From the IMG/VR virus record IMGVR_UViG_3300050514_000222: DNA of 64,000 bases; one strand, given 5' to 3'. The notes below the pieces were generated by a model. It was not told the origin of the DNA. It was given only the letters and a program-made list of their open reading frames with translations, and made no database searches. Positions within the stretch are counted from its first letter, which is position 1. Each line of letters opens with the position of its first letter. Shown here in pieces: positions 30,721-40,569 of this stretch. A program made the position numbers and the translations under genes. The DNA comes from an uncultured virus (IMG/VR IMGVR_UViG_3300050514_000222). Its lineage: Duplodnaviria > Heunggongvirae > Uroviricota > Caudoviricetes.

Positions 30721-30993
30721 ATGGGCAAGAAGGTGCGGGTGCTGGCGGAGAACCACGTGCACACGACCAAGGGTGCGAACCACGTGCGCAGCGACTACGT
30801 GAAGGGCGACATCTTCGAGTGGGACGGCACGGACGAGGGGCTCGACCAGCAGCTCGTCGCGGACAACCCGGACGGGAAGGGCGGATTCTTCGCGAACCTC
30901 GAGGTCGTGGACGACGCGAAGCCGGTGTCCGTCCCGTCCAAGAGCGAGACCGTGAAGCCGGCGCCGGCGCCGAAACCGGCGGGACAGGAGTAG
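30721..30993 (+). CDS. Small head-associated hypothetical protein
   Basis: GAAAGGA RBS; follows MCP. Confidence 0.55.
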   Translation: MGKKVRVLAENHVHTTKGANHVRSDYVKGDIFEWDGTDEGLDQQLVADNPDGKGGFFANLEVVDDAKPVSVPSKSETVKPAPAPKPAGQE

Positions 30994-30996
30994 CCG

Positions 30997-31341
30997 ATGC
31001 GGGTGATGGCGTTGCCGGGCGGCTGGACGCTACACGCGGAGTCCGGTCCGCTCGAGTGGGGCGGGTGGGTGCCGGTCTTCCGGAAGAAGGACCGGGCGCT
31101 CCCGCCGAAGCTGATGGCGTACGAGGAGGGCGCGCGTGCGCTGTTCCACCAGCTGAAGCGCGAGCTCGACGTCATGGACCTTACCTGGACGAATCCGGGA
31201 GAGGATCCGCGGTTCAAGGTCACGGACATGGCGAAGCTGACGCTGGAGATGGAGCTCCGGAAGATCGGGAAGTGGAGCGACGACCTGTTGGAGAACGGGA
31301 TCACGCCGGAGGACCGGCGGCGAGCCCTGGGGGTCCACTAG
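30997..31341 (+). CDS. Hypothetical protein
   Basis: In-operon ORF with phage-like codon usage. Confidence 0.5.
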   Translation: MRVMALPGGWTLHAESGPLEWGGWVPVFRKKDRALPPKLMAYEEGARALFHQLKRELDVMDLTWTNPGEDPRFKVTDMAKLTLEMELRKIGKWSDDLLENGITPEDRRRALGVH

Positions 31342-31344
31342 GAC

Positions 31345-31806
31345 ATGGCCACGCCCTACTGCACGCTGGCCGACGTGAACACCTGGATCGCGTCGGACCG
31401 GGCGATCAGCGACCAGGCCGGCAAGCCGCTCGGGCCGACGGTGACGGTCTGGATCGCGGACTTCTCCGGGAAGATGAACCTGTCGCTGAAGAAGGGCGGC
31501 GTGTCACCGATCCCTCCGGTGGATCCGGACCAGCTCTCCGCGCTGAAGATCCTGTTGGCGCGGAAGATAGTGTTCGAGGTGATGGCGCAGCGGTCGTCCG
31601 CGTCGATCGCGAACGACAAGGTCAAGCCGTACTACTCGAATTGGGCGAAGGAGTTCGACGACGCGTTGGCCGCGATCGAGAAGAACGGCATGTCGGTCCT
31701 GATCAACCCCGAGACCGGAGAGCCGTGGTCGGCGGACATGGAGACCACGTTGAACTTCCCGGACGATCCGATGGGTCCGCAGGTGATCCGGGAGCAGATA
31801 TTTTGA
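31345..31806 (+). CDS. Head-tail adaptor (Mu gp36/SPP1 gp15-like)
   Basis: N-terminal PYCTLADV; position. Confidence 0.65.
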   Translation: MATPYCTLADVNTWIASDRAISDQAGKPLGPTVTVWIADFSGKMNLSLKKGGVSPIPPVDPDQLSALKILLARKIVFEVMAQRSSASIANDKVKPYYSNWAKEFDDALAAIEKNGMSVLINPETGEPWSADMETTLNFPDDPMGPQVIREQIF

Positions 31807-32315
31807 TCTCGATCCGCATCACGTCGGTCGGGGACGTCACGCCGCGGGTGATGGGCAGCATGATCCGCGACTTCGACAGGCTGACGGAGGACTGGACGAA
31901 CGCGTGGCCGCGGGTGATCCAGAAGTTCCGGATGCAGGAGTTCTGGAAGTTCACGACCGAGAACGCCGACGGCCCATCCGGTCGGTGGGCGGCGCTGTCG
32001 CCGGCCTACGCCGCACGGAAGGCGGCCAGTCACCCTGGCGCACCGATCCTCACGCGTGACGGTGCGCTCCGCGGCTCGCTCGAGGCGGACGGAGCAGGGT
32101 CGGAGGTGCAGCAGACGTCCACGACGCTGTTCATCGGGACGTCGATCCCGTACGCCGGCTACCACCAGCGCGGGGAGGGTCAGCGGCACCGCCGGCCGTT
32201 CATCGACCCGTCCGAGCGGGACGTGGCCGAGTACGCGTCGGAGATCTGGAGGTACTTCATGACGTTGAAGACGCGGGTCGGATTCAAGGGGCGGTTCGTG
32301 GAGGCGATGAGCTGA
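31803..32315 (+). CDS. Virion morphogenesis protein (Mu gpG / tail S-like)
   Basis: WAALSPAY...ILTRDGALRGSL...GTSIPYAGYHQ...RPF; TTG start inferred. Confidence 0.75.
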   Translation: MISIRITSVGDVTPRVMGSMIRDFDRLTEDWTNAWPRVIQKFRMQEFWKFTTENADGPSGRWAALSPAYAARKAASHPGAPILTRDGALRGSLEADGAGSEVQQTSTTLFIGTSIPYAGYHQRGEGQRHRRPFIDPSERDVAEYASEIWRYFMTLKTRVGFKGRFVEAMS

Positions 32316-32833
32316 TGGTCGGCGCGTCCGTACCGGCCGAGGCGTTCGTCGCGGAGACGCTGGAGCAGGAGTTCAAGCTGATCCAGCCGCAGAATTTCTG
32401 GACGACGGTCCGGGACGCCGCGTGGCCGAGCTACCCGGCCGTGATCGGGCCGCCGAGCGCGTTGCTGCCGAATCCGGCGATGCTCGAGTCGGAGGAGCAG
32501 CACTCCGTCCGGTTGTGGAGTCCGATGGACGGCATGGGAACGTCGCGACCGCAGAACAACGTGGAGCTCACGATCGCCATGAACGTGCTGGTGGCGTGGG
32601 TGGTGAAGGACAAGCCGAACCTCGCGCGGCAGATCTTCTTCGCGCGGGCCGACATGCGGAACCTGATGCAGGGCAACAAGGAGAGGATGCGGCCGAACTA
32701 CACCGGGCAGAACGACTGGGGGCTGACGACGTTGGGTGTCGGGACGTTGGTGACGGACTACCTGGACGACGGCATCGCGGTGGTGTGGGGCACGTGGAGC
32801 GTGGAGTTCCGATTCAAGCTGCCCAAGGGCTGA
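32315..32833 (+). CDS. Putative tail terminator/completion protein
   Basis: Position before tail tube; size. Confidence 0.5.
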   Translation: MVGASVPAEAFVAETLEQEFKLIQPQNFWTTVRDAAWPSYPAVIGPPSALLPNPAMLESEEQHSVRLWSPMDGMGTSRPQNNVELTIAMNVLVAWVVKDKPNLARQIFFARADMRNLMQGNKERMRPNYTGQNDWGLTTLGVGTLVTDYLDDGIAVVWGTWSVEFRFKLPKG

Positions 32834-32856
32834 CGCACGAGAGGAGGGAGTCGGAG

Positions 32857-33117
32857 ATGGCCGAACAGCGGCTCGAGTCGGTGGTCTATCGCGGTCCGGC
32901 GCCGAGCAGGACGTACCACCGAGGGTCACAGGTGGTCGTGTTCGAGAAGGACGTGCCGCAGGAGCACGACGCGGAGTTCGTCGCGGCGAGGCTCGCGGAG
33001 AACCCGGACGGGCTCACGATGGAACAGGCGGCGATCCGGGCGGACACCCACATCTTCGAGCGCGTGTCGCCGCCGCCGACGGCGGGCGTCGCGTCGCGAC
33101 CGGAAGGGGTGAAGTGA
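32857..33117 (+). CDS. Small hypothetical protein
   Basis: Strong RBS; in operon. Confidence 0.5.
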   Translation: MAEQRLESVVYRGPAPSRTYHRGSQVVVFEKDVPQEHDAEFVAARLAENPDGLTMEQAAIRADTHIFERVSPPPTAGVASRPEGVK

Positions 33118-33118
33118 G

Positions 33119-34213
33119 ATGGCCTTCGGCATAGCTCAGGGTTCCCATCGGTTCTTCGCCTACAAGTCGCAGACGGCCCACGGCACGCGTGCGTCCGGCT
33201 TCACGACGGCCGTGACGCCGATGCGCAGCGGGTCGATCTTCAAGGCGAACGCGATAACGAAGCAGCGGCAGGACGCGATCAACGCGATCCTCCCGTACAC
33301 CGGCTACTACCAGATCCCGAAGATCGTGAACTGGAAGGCCGGGTTCTACCTGGTCAACCCGACGACGGCGCATCCGACCGTGCGCGACTTCCTGCGGAGC
33401 TTCCTCGGTAAGGAGACGACGGCCGTCGGTCCGCCGATCACCAAGACGTTCGTCATCAGCGACCCGTTGATCGACGGCGCCGCGGACGCCGGGAGCAACC
33501 TGTTCGGACGCGCGCTCACACTGCACGAGGAGACGCAGCGGTCGGACGGGACGTTGATCTACGCCCACGAGGTCCAAGACGCGGTGATCGAGGACCTGAA
33601 GATCACGTGGGTGCCGGACGCCCCGATCCTGATCGAGATGAGCGGCCTGGCGTCCGACCTCCAGGACGGCGCCACCACCATCACGCCGGTCTATCCGGAC
33701 GGAGCGTTGTTCCTGTGGTCGGCCGTGAAGGACACGACGACGGCCGGGCTGCGCATCGGTACGGCCAACCCGCCGGTCGCCACCGACAACGTGATCTTCT
33801 CGAAGGCCACGTTGCACCTCCAGCAGAAGATCCGGTACCTGCCGTTCCTGGGCGCCGGAGCGGGGTTCCAGGTCAGGATCCCGACGCGGGACGACCTGGT
33901 CCAGATGACGATGGACGTGGAGATGGACGTCGAGGGGTCTGTGGCCAGTCAGTACGACGCGACGGACGTCATAGCGCATTGGAAGGCCAACACGGACGTG
34001 AACCTCGACTTCTTGAGCTACATCGACGCGACCGACATCCTCGACATCAAGTGCAGCGCCACCCCGTCGGGGACGACGCACCGCGGATGCTTCATCGAGT
34101 CGTTCGAGCAGACCGCGCAGGGGTACGGAGCGATGCGGTTCGCCATGACGGTGCGGTTCGCTCCGTCGAATCCGGCGACCGACCTGTCGGTGGTCATGAC
34201 GAACGTGAGCTGA
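33119..34213 (+). CDS. Putative major tail tube protein
   Basis: Beta-rich, Thr-rich; precedes chaperone and tape measure. Confidence 0.7.
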   Translation: MAFGIAQGSHRFFAYKSQTAHGTRASGFTTAVTPMRSGSIFKANAITKQRQDAINAILPYTGYYQIPKIVNWKAGFYLVNPTTAHPTVRDFLRSFLGKETTAVGPPITKTFVISDPLIDGAADAGSNLFGRALTLHEETQRSDGTLIYAHEVQDAVIEDLKITWVPDAPILIEMSGLASDLQDGATTITPVYPDGALFLWSAVKDTTTAGLRIGTANPPVATDNVIFSKATLHLQQKIRYLPFLGAGAGFQVRIPTRDDLVQMTMDVEMDVEGSVASQYDATDVIAHWKANTDVNLDFLSYIDATDILDIKCSATPSGTTHRGCFIESFEQTAQGYGAMRFAMTVRFAPSNPATDLSVVMTNVS

Positions 34214-34244
34214 TCCGTAAATGCAACCCAACCGGAGGCCGCAG

Positions 34245-34658
34245 ATGTCCAAGACGTTCGAGCTGTACGAGGAGCGGTTCAAGCCGTACGACCTGAAGTG
34301 CCGGAGCGGCTTCACCTGGCGCGTCCGGAAGATGCAGACGGAGGATTGGGGCGTCGTGGCCGGCGGCTTCATCCTCCTGCCGCAGGATCGGAAGGACGGC
34401 GCGCCGTCCGAGGAGGACGAGCGTGCCCGTCGCATCGACCAGCAGGCAAAGTACCGGAAGGCCGTGTACGAGCAGCTCGTGGTCGGCCTGCTAGACGTGG
34501 AGACCGGCGAGCTCATCGTCGACGGTGAGGGGAAACCGGTCAAGCTGCCGTACGAGAAGGTGCTCGCGGCCGACATCACGGAGATCTGCGACTGGCAGAT
34601 CTCCGGAGCGCCCCAGGCGTCCGAGGCGGCCGCGGCGGCCGGGAGGTCGCTTCGGTAA
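34245..34658 (+). CDS. Tail assembly chaperone (gpG-like)
   Basis: Position between tail tube and TMP; GGAGG RBS. Confidence 0.65.
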   Translation: MSKTFELYEERFKPYDLKCRSGFTWRVRKMQTEDWGVVAGGFILLPQDRKDGAPSEEDERARRIDQQAKYRKAVYEQLVVGLLDVETGELIVDGEGKPVKLPYEKVLAADITEICDWQISGAPQASEAAAAAGRSLR

Positions 34659-34926
34659 CCCGAAGTTCTGCGCGATGGTCGACTCGTGGGCGCACCGGTA
34701 CGGACAGCGCCCGCACACGTTCTTCGAGGATCCGTTCGCGGCGATGATCGACGCGACGATCATGGACGAGGCGGAGAAGTACCACGAGGCCGCGAAACAT
34801 CCCGGGATGAAGGACGTTCCGTTGGACGCGGAGAGCGTGCGGATCCGCGGGTTGAGGCAGGCGGGGGCGTTCGAGGAGATGCTGGCGAAGTTGGCGAAGG
34901 CTCGAGGGGAACGACACGGTGCCTGA
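34651..34926 (+). CDS. gpT-like extension of the tail chaperone (+1 frame)
   Basis: Open +1 frame overlapping the gpG stop; RYGQRP...D motif; no well-spaced RBS for ATG 34675. Confidence 0.55.
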   Translation, partial: FGNPKFCAMVDSWAHRYGQRPHTFFEDPFAAMIDATIMDEAEKYHEAAKHPGMKDVPLDAESVRIRGLRQAGAFEEMLAKLAKARGERHGA

Positions 34927-37135
34927 CGCGACAGTAGGTCTGCTCATCCAGCAGGAGTACCAGGGACACGAGGCGGCCACCCAGGCCGTCGCCGACGTCC
35001 AGAAGCTGGACGACCACGTCACCAACATCCAATCGTCCGCGGACCGGACGACCTCCTCCCTCGGTGACCTGAAGACCGGATTCTCGGAACTGCCGGAGCC
35101 GGTCCGGAACACCGCGGACGCCGTCCAGAACGCCGACACGGCAGTCACGCAATTCGGGATGTCCGCCGGCGCGGCTGTGCTGGCCGTCGTGGCGTTGAAC
35201 CAGGCGTTCGACATGGCGGTGCGCGGGGCCGCCGAGATCGTCAACGTGATCTCCGGACACGAGGTGGCGGGATTCGCGCAGGAGATGAAGAACGCCGCAG
35301 AGACCACCGGACTCACGACCGGAGAACTGGCCGGCCTCAAGGTCGGTGCCGCCGACACCGGCCGATCGTTCGACACGTTGCAGGCCGGCCTGTTCCGGTT
35401 CAGCAGGTTGATCGGCGAGGCGGTCGCCGACCCGCTCGGAAACGCCGCGAAGAAGTTCGACGCCCTGGGCGTCTCCCTCTACGACGCGAACAACCAACTC
35501 CTCCCCACCGGCGACATCCTGAAGGAGACCGGCGACCGGATGACGGCCATGGGGAGCGCGACCGAGAAGTCGCAGACCGCCTTCGAGCTGTTCGGGCGCA
35601 GCGGCGCCGCGTTCATCCCGGTGCTCGCGTTGGGACTTCAGGACCTAGAGAACTCGGCGAAGAAGTCCGGCGAGGCGCTCAGTCCGAAGGCCGAGGGAGC
35701 GGCCCTGGCTGCGCAGATCGCCTTCACGAAGTTGAGCTCGGCGATCGAGGGGCTGAAGAACAGCGTCGGCGCGGTGGGCGCCGGGATGTTCTCCCCGTTG
35801 GTCGAGGGGCTGACGGCCGTCATCAGCAAGCTCCACGAGACGTGGGACCTGATGGGCCTCATCAAGATGGACATGGATTCGCCGGCCGGGTGGTCGATGA
35901 ACATCGAGGCCCTACAGGCCGCGAATCCGCTGCCGTTCGCGCCGCTGTCGAAGGCCGGGATGCCGGGTGATGAGAGCATCATGCCGCCGATGCTGTCGGC
36001 GGAGGCCCTGGCGACCCTGAAGAAGGAGGAGGCGGACCGGGCGACGATCCTCCAGCAGATCAACGACCAGATCGCCGGCCTCGACCGGCTGCACGCGGTC
36101 GGCCGTCTCGGTCTCGATGAGGAGGAGAAGAAGCTCGAGGCGATGAAGGACCAGGCGATCATGCTCTCCGACCAGGAGACGCGGAAGCAGGAGATCCTGG
36201 CGATCGACCGGCAGATCGCTGATGTGGCCGCGCACCAGATCGTGACGGCGCCGCAGCTCTCCCGGACCCCGACGCAACCGGGCGAGCTCCTCACGCCGGA
36301 CTTCATGAAGCAGATGGGGCTCACCGCCGGCGGCCTGATGGGTCAGGACCTGATGGCGCCGAAGTCGTTCGAGGCGTTCGGCAAGCAGGCCGAGGAGAAC
36401 CTGAACGCCACCGTCAAGGAGGTGGAGGCGCGTGTGAAGGAGCTCTCCACGTCCTTCCAGCTGACCGGCAAGGACTCTTCGGCGCTCGCCGAACTCCTCA
36501 AGACCCACCAGTCGCAGATCTTCGACGCGTACGCGAAAAGCATCGAGGAGGGTGACGCCTACGTGACGTCGCTCGAGCACCGTGCGCCGGTGGAGGCCGC
36601 GTGGATGGCCACGGAGAACAAGATCGGTGACGCCATGCGGACGATGATCACCGGCATGGTGGACGCCGTGATCTCCGGGACCGGGAGCATCCTGGCGGCC
36701 TTCGGCAACCTCGTCGAGCAGATGGTCAAGACGGTAGCGGAGGCGACGATCACGAACGTCGTGGTCGGCGCGCTCGGGCTGGCCGGCGGCGGTACGGTGG
36801 CGATGGCGGACGGAGGCACGTACGTGGCCGCGCAGCACGGTCTCCTCCTCTCCGGCACATCCGGACGGGACACGTTGCCGGTGATGGCGCAGCGCGGCGA
36901 GATGTTCGTGTCACGTGAGGACACCGACTTCAACCGGACAACGATGCACGAGCTCTCGGGTGCGATGCGGTCCGGGGCGTTCAACCAGAAGTCCGGCGGA
37001 GACCTGCACGTGCACCTCCACAACGAGGGTGGCGGGACGATGGACCGCGCGGCGGTGCGGCAGTTCATCACCGAGACGTACGAACCGGTGAGACGCGATC
37101 TGGCGGCGAGAGGAGCGATCCGTGGCGGTCGTTGA
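34919..37135 (+). CDS. Tape measure protein
   Basis: 738-aa Ala-rich helical protein; FDALGVS, AFELFGRSG, C-terminal ADGG...DTLPVMAQRGEMFV. Confidence 0.85.
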   Translation: MPDATVGLLIQQEYQGHEAATQAVADVQKLDDHVTNIQSSADRTTSSLGDLKTGFSELPEPVRNTADAVQNADTAVTQFGMSAGAAVLAVVALNQAFDMAVRGAAEIVNVISGHEVAGFAQEMKNAAETTGLTTGELAGLKVGAADTGRSFDTLQAGLFRFSRLIGEAVADPLGNAAKKFDALGVSLYDANNQLLPTGDILKETGDRMTAMGSATEKSQTAFELFGRSGAAFIPVLALGLQDLENSAKKSGEALSPKAEGAALAAQIAFTKLSSAIEGLKNSVGAVGAGMFSPLVEGLTAVISKLHETWDLMGLIKMDMDSPAGWSMNIEALQAANPLPFAPLSKAGMPGDESIMPPMLSAEALATLKKEEADRATILQQINDQIAGLDRLHAVGRLGLDEEEKKLEAMKDQAIMLSDQETRKQEILAIDRQIADVAAHQIVTAPQLSRTPTQPGELLTPDFMKQMGLTAGGLMGQDLMAPKSFEAFGKQAEENLNATVKEVEARVKELSTSFQLTGKDSSALAELLKTHQSQIFDAYAKSIEEGDAYVTSLEHRAPVEAAWMATENKIGDAMRTMITGMVDAVISGTGSILAAFGNLVEQMVKTVAEATITNVVVGALGLAGGGTVAMADGGTYVAAQHGLLLSGTSGRDTLPVMAQRGEMFVSREDTDFNRTTMHELSGAMRSGAFNQKSGGDLHVHLHNEGGGTMDRAAVRQFITETYEPVRRDLAARGAIRGGR

Positions 37136-37982
37136 CGCGATCCTGTTCCTGGACGACCTGATGCACCTGGACTACACCACGCGCGTCCTGAGCGCCTCCA
37201 GCACGCAGGCCGGCTACTCGCTCGACAACATGCGCGAGGCCGACCTGCAACGCGCCTGGAAGCCGGCCGACTCCGCGGCCGACGAGTGGGCGCACGTCGA
37301 CTCCGGGGACGTCACGTGGCTCGGCGCCTCCGGGAACACGGTCTGGGCGGCGATCGCCTACGACAGCCGGCTCGCGGACCAGACGAAGGTGTGGCTCCAG
37401 TCGGCCGCGGTCGACGACGGCGCGTTCGCCTCCCCCACGGACCTCGCGTCCTGGACGATCTCCGGGGCGAACGCGCTGGACGTGAACTGTCGGTACCTGA
37501 CGTTCACGGTGCCGACGCCGCAGAAGCGGCACTACCGGCTCATCCAGAAGGTCGCCGAACGCGGCGGCCTGACGCGTACGGCGCGGATCTTCAGTTGGGC
37601 CATGTTCTCCACCCAACTCTCCATCCCGGTCGCCATGGCCGGCGCGTCCGAGTCCGGTTACGACATCGCGCAGGTGGACACCGCTTCGGTCATCCTAACG
37701 GCCGCCGGCGCCCAGGTCGGGAACCGGTACGCGCGGGGCGCCCAGAAGTTCCAGCTCAAGATCGAGCCGGCGACCGAGGCCGTGTGGAAGACGCTCCGGG
37801 ACGGTTTCCAGGCGAACGGCGGCCTGGTCCGCGCGATCTACGTCCAGAAGACCGGGTTGCGCAATCCGGACATGAACGACTTCTTCCTGTGCCAGGCGAC
37901 GTCGGCCGAGCGGAACGCGTCGGTACATTACCGAGGCTACTACGACATCACGATGGAGTTCCGGACGGTCGCGTGGATCTGA
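37122..37982 (+). CDS. Distal tail (Dit-like) protein
   Basis: Directly after TMP; beta-rich. Confidence 0.55.
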   Translation: MAVVDAILFLDDLMHLDYTTRVLSASSTQAGYSLDNMREADLQRAWKPADSAADEWAHVDSGDVTWLGASGNTVWAAIAYDSRLADQTKVWLQSAAVDDGAFASPTDLASWTISGANALDVNCRYLTFTVPTPQKRHYRLIQKVAERGGLTRTARIFSWAMFSTQLSIPVAMAGASESGYDIAQVDTASVILTAAGAQVGNRYARGAQKFQLKIEPATEAVWKTLRDGFQANGGLVRAIYVQKTGLRNPDMNDFFLCQATSAERNASVHYRGYYDITMEFRTVAWI

Positions 37983-38371
37983 TGGAGGTGCGAGTGAGGA
38001 CGGTGTTGGCGGTGATCCTGATGGTGACGATGGCCGGATGTTCCACGCGGACGCTGCCCAAGGCGTCGGTTCCGCGGACGTCCGTGTCCGTTTCGTCGTG
38101 GGCGGACTCGGTACGCGCCGCAGAGTCGGACAGCGTGCGCGCGTTCGCGGCCGAGATGAACGAGTCGGTCCAGTCCATCGGAAGGAGCGTCAAGTCGCTC
38201 ATCCGTCAACGCGACTACTGGAGGTCGGTGGCGCTCCTGTCTACGCGCACCGCCAGACGGGACACGATCTTCACGGTGATCTACCGGCACATCCAGGCCA
38301 ACGGGATGATGCCGCCGGTGGTCGTCGACGACAGCTTCCACATCTACGATCCGGGGGTGAGGCCGAAATGA
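37982..38371 (+). CDS. Lipoprotein with coiled coil
   Basis: LAVILMVTMAG-C lipobox. Confidence 0.6.
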   Translation: MEVRVRTVLAVILMVTMAGCSTRTLPKASVPRTSVSVSSWADSVRAAESDSVRAFAAEMNESVQSIGRSVKSLIRQRDYWRSVALLSTRTARRDTIFTVIYRHIQANGMMPPVVVDDSFHIYDPGVRPK

Positions 38372-39972
38372 CGAGGAGACTGGTGGCGTGTCTGGTACTG
38401 GCGGCCGCGCTCTGGGCCGGATCCGCCGACGCGGCCGGGACGATCTGGGCGATGAAGGCCGGGGACGTAGTCGCGACGGCCTTCGGCGGCACCACGGCCG
38501 GCCGCGACTCGGCCTACACCTACTGCGGGAGCAGCGGGTTCGTGCAGATGGGACCGGGCCTCGAGGCGCTCGCGCTCGGTTCGCCTCCCGCCGGCGTCAC
38601 CGTCACGCGGGCCACCAAGAACGGATGGGAGGTCCACGGAACCGGGATCACGACCCCGCGGTTCGGGCCGGCGTCCACGCCGACTGCCGGCGGCGCGCTC
38701 CGGATCGTGGACGGCGTGACCTTCCCGCTCACCGTGGCCGGCGTCCAGGCGGCGCTGAACGAGCTCCAGACGGTAGGCGGTGGGGAGTGTTGGGTGCCCG
38801 TCAACGCCAACATCCTGCTCGCGACCACTTCGATCAAGATCCCGAACTTCTGCAAGTTGAAGGGCCAGGTCTCCTTCTCCGGAGGCGGCTATACGTTCAC
38901 GTCCAACGGATCAACGAACGTGTCGGCGGCCATCGTGAACGCGGACACTTCGGGAGCGCAGGAGTACGCGGCCGTCGAGAACATCAACATCTACGGCGGG
39001 GCCTCCGGCGCGCGCATCGACGCCGGGATCAAGATGAAGAAGGTGTTCGTCGGGTCCTACATCCGCGAGTGCTTCGTGACCCAGGTGTCCGGGATCTCCT
39101 TCCGGGTCGAGGGGGACAACACGACGTCGGCCGGCCAGCTCTACATGGACGGATGCGTCTCCACGAACAGCGGATCCTACGGCTACTACCTCAACTCCTC
39201 GCTCCGGTCGATCTGGATGGACTACTGCACGGCCGAGCGTCCCGGGCGGAACACGGCCGGCGTGTACGTGAACGGATCCACGACGACGTCCGGAGCGAAC
39301 ATCGGGGTCGGGATCGACCACTTCTACACCGAGATCTCCGACTCGATGAGCTCCGGGATCATCGTGAACGGCGCGTCGAACGTGAACGTCAACAACTACA
39401 CCGCCAGCGTCCCGAGCGGCAGGATGCGGTCCGCGGTGCGCGTCCAGAACACCAACAACGGCGTGAACACGTTCTCGCCGAGCGGCGTGACCGTGGACGG
39501 CCTGTACGCGGCCTCCGACACGCTGGTCGAGGACCTGGTCACCGGACGCGCGATCACGACCGGCTACGACCCGGCGGCGAACCCGTACGCCTTCCTGATC
39601 CATTGGAACGCCACCGACGCCGAGGGCACCGTCTCGACGAACGGCCTCCAGAACTCAGGGCAGATCGTCGGGATCCAGCCGGCGCGGCTCGGCCCCGACC
39701 TGGCGAGCGCGGCCACCATCACGCCGCTCCCCAACGGCGGCGACTTCTTCACGGTGACCGGAGTCACGCCGATCAACGACGTCGCGTTCAACGACTCGTT
39801 CATCGGGAAGTACGTCACGTTCCGGTTCACCGGCGCGGACACCGTGAACGTCGCCGGCCACTGGAAGATCAACGGACCGTTCTACGGGGACGCGACCGGT
39901 ACCGAGGACGACCTCACGGGGTTCGTGGATTCGGCCAAGAACTTCAAGGAGACGGGAAGGAGCTTCCATTGA
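38368..39972 (+). CDS. Signal-peptide-bearing beta-helix (tailspike/pectin-lyase-like) protein
   Basis: MTRRLVACLVLAAALWAGSADA leader; VQAALN...GGGECWVP and Asn/Gly-rich beta-helix rungs. Confidence 0.7.
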   Translation: MTRRLVACLVLAAALWAGSADAAGTIWAMKAGDVVATAFGGTTAGRDSAYTYCGSSGFVQMGPGLEALALGSPPAGVTVTRATKNGWEVHGTGITTPRFGPASTPTAGGALRIVDGVTFPLTVAGVQAALNELQTVGGGECWVPVNANILLATTSIKIPNFCKLKGQVSFSGGGYTFTSNGSTNVSAAIVNADTSGAQEYAAVENINIYGGASGARIDAGIKMKKVFVGSYIRECFVTQVSGISFRVEGDNTTSAGQLYMDGCVSTNSGSYGYYLNSSLRSIWMDYCTAERPGRNTAGVYVNGSTTTSGANIGVGIDHFYTEISDSMSSGIIVNGASNVNVNNYTASVPSGRMRSAVRVQNTNNGVNTFSPSGVTVDGLYAASDTLVEDLVTGRAITTGYDPAANPYAFLIHWNATDAEGTVSTNGLQNSGQIVGIQPARLGPDLASAATITPLPNGGDFFTVTGVTPINDVAFNDSFIGKYVTFRFTGADTVNVAGHWKINGPFYGDATGTEDDLTGFVDSAKNFKETGRSFH

Positions 39973-40556
39973 AAGCGGCGCTCGCGAACATCTTCACCGG
40001 CTTCATGTTGTGTCTGTCCTTGGTCCTGTTCGTGGCCGCCTCGCAGAACGGGTCCGTCCACGTCGCCAACGTCGGCCCCACGAACATCCACGGTCCGCTG
40101 TCGGTGGACGGGGACGTCACCGTCACCGGCAGCGTGTTCGCAACCCGGAGCATCTCCGGGGACAGCGTGGCGGCGACCGCGATCCTGAAGGCGTTCCAGT
40201 GTCTCCTGAGCTACGACAAGATGGCGGCGCAGGATTCCTCGCGGCTCGGCAAGTTCGGCTTCACCGCCGGCGGGGAGCGCGTCTCCAGGATCCGGGCCGG
40301 GTCGTTCACGCTGGACGTCACCTCGATCAGCGCCTCGAGCTCGCTGGATATGACGGTCACGATCAACGGGCTGGACGTGGCGACCAACTGGGTGGTGGAC
40401 GTCCGTCCGCTCTCGGCGGACCTCCCGGCCGGGATCTCGATCGGCACGACCAGGGTGACCGCGGACAACACCGTGAAGGTCCGGTTCAACAACGCCACGA
40501 CGTCGCCGGTCGACCCCGCCTCGCAGACGTACTCGTGGATCGCGTTCCGTCAATAG
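39969..40556 (+). CDS. Fibre-like protein with hydrophobic N-terminal leader
   Basis: TTG start; LSVDGDVTVTG repeat; C-terminal VTADNTVKVRFNNxT...VDPAS domain. Confidence 0.55.
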   Translation: MKAALANIFTGFMLCLSLVLFVAASQNGSVHVANVGPTNIHGPLSVDGDVTVTGSVFATRSISGDSVAATAILKAFQCLLSYDKMAAQDSSRLGKFGFTAGGERVSRIRAGSFTLDVTSISASSSLDMTVTINGLDVATNWVVDVRPLSADLPAGISIGTTRVTADNTVKVRFNNATTSPVDPASQTYSWIAFRQ

Positions 40557-40569
40557 GGAGGGAGTGGTC

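Noticed and set aside
34527..34537. GGGAAAC as a -1 slippery site in the tail chaperone
   Set aside because: It reads GGG AAA C in the gpG frame, the wrong phase for X XXY YYZ, and the T ORF is in the +1 frame.
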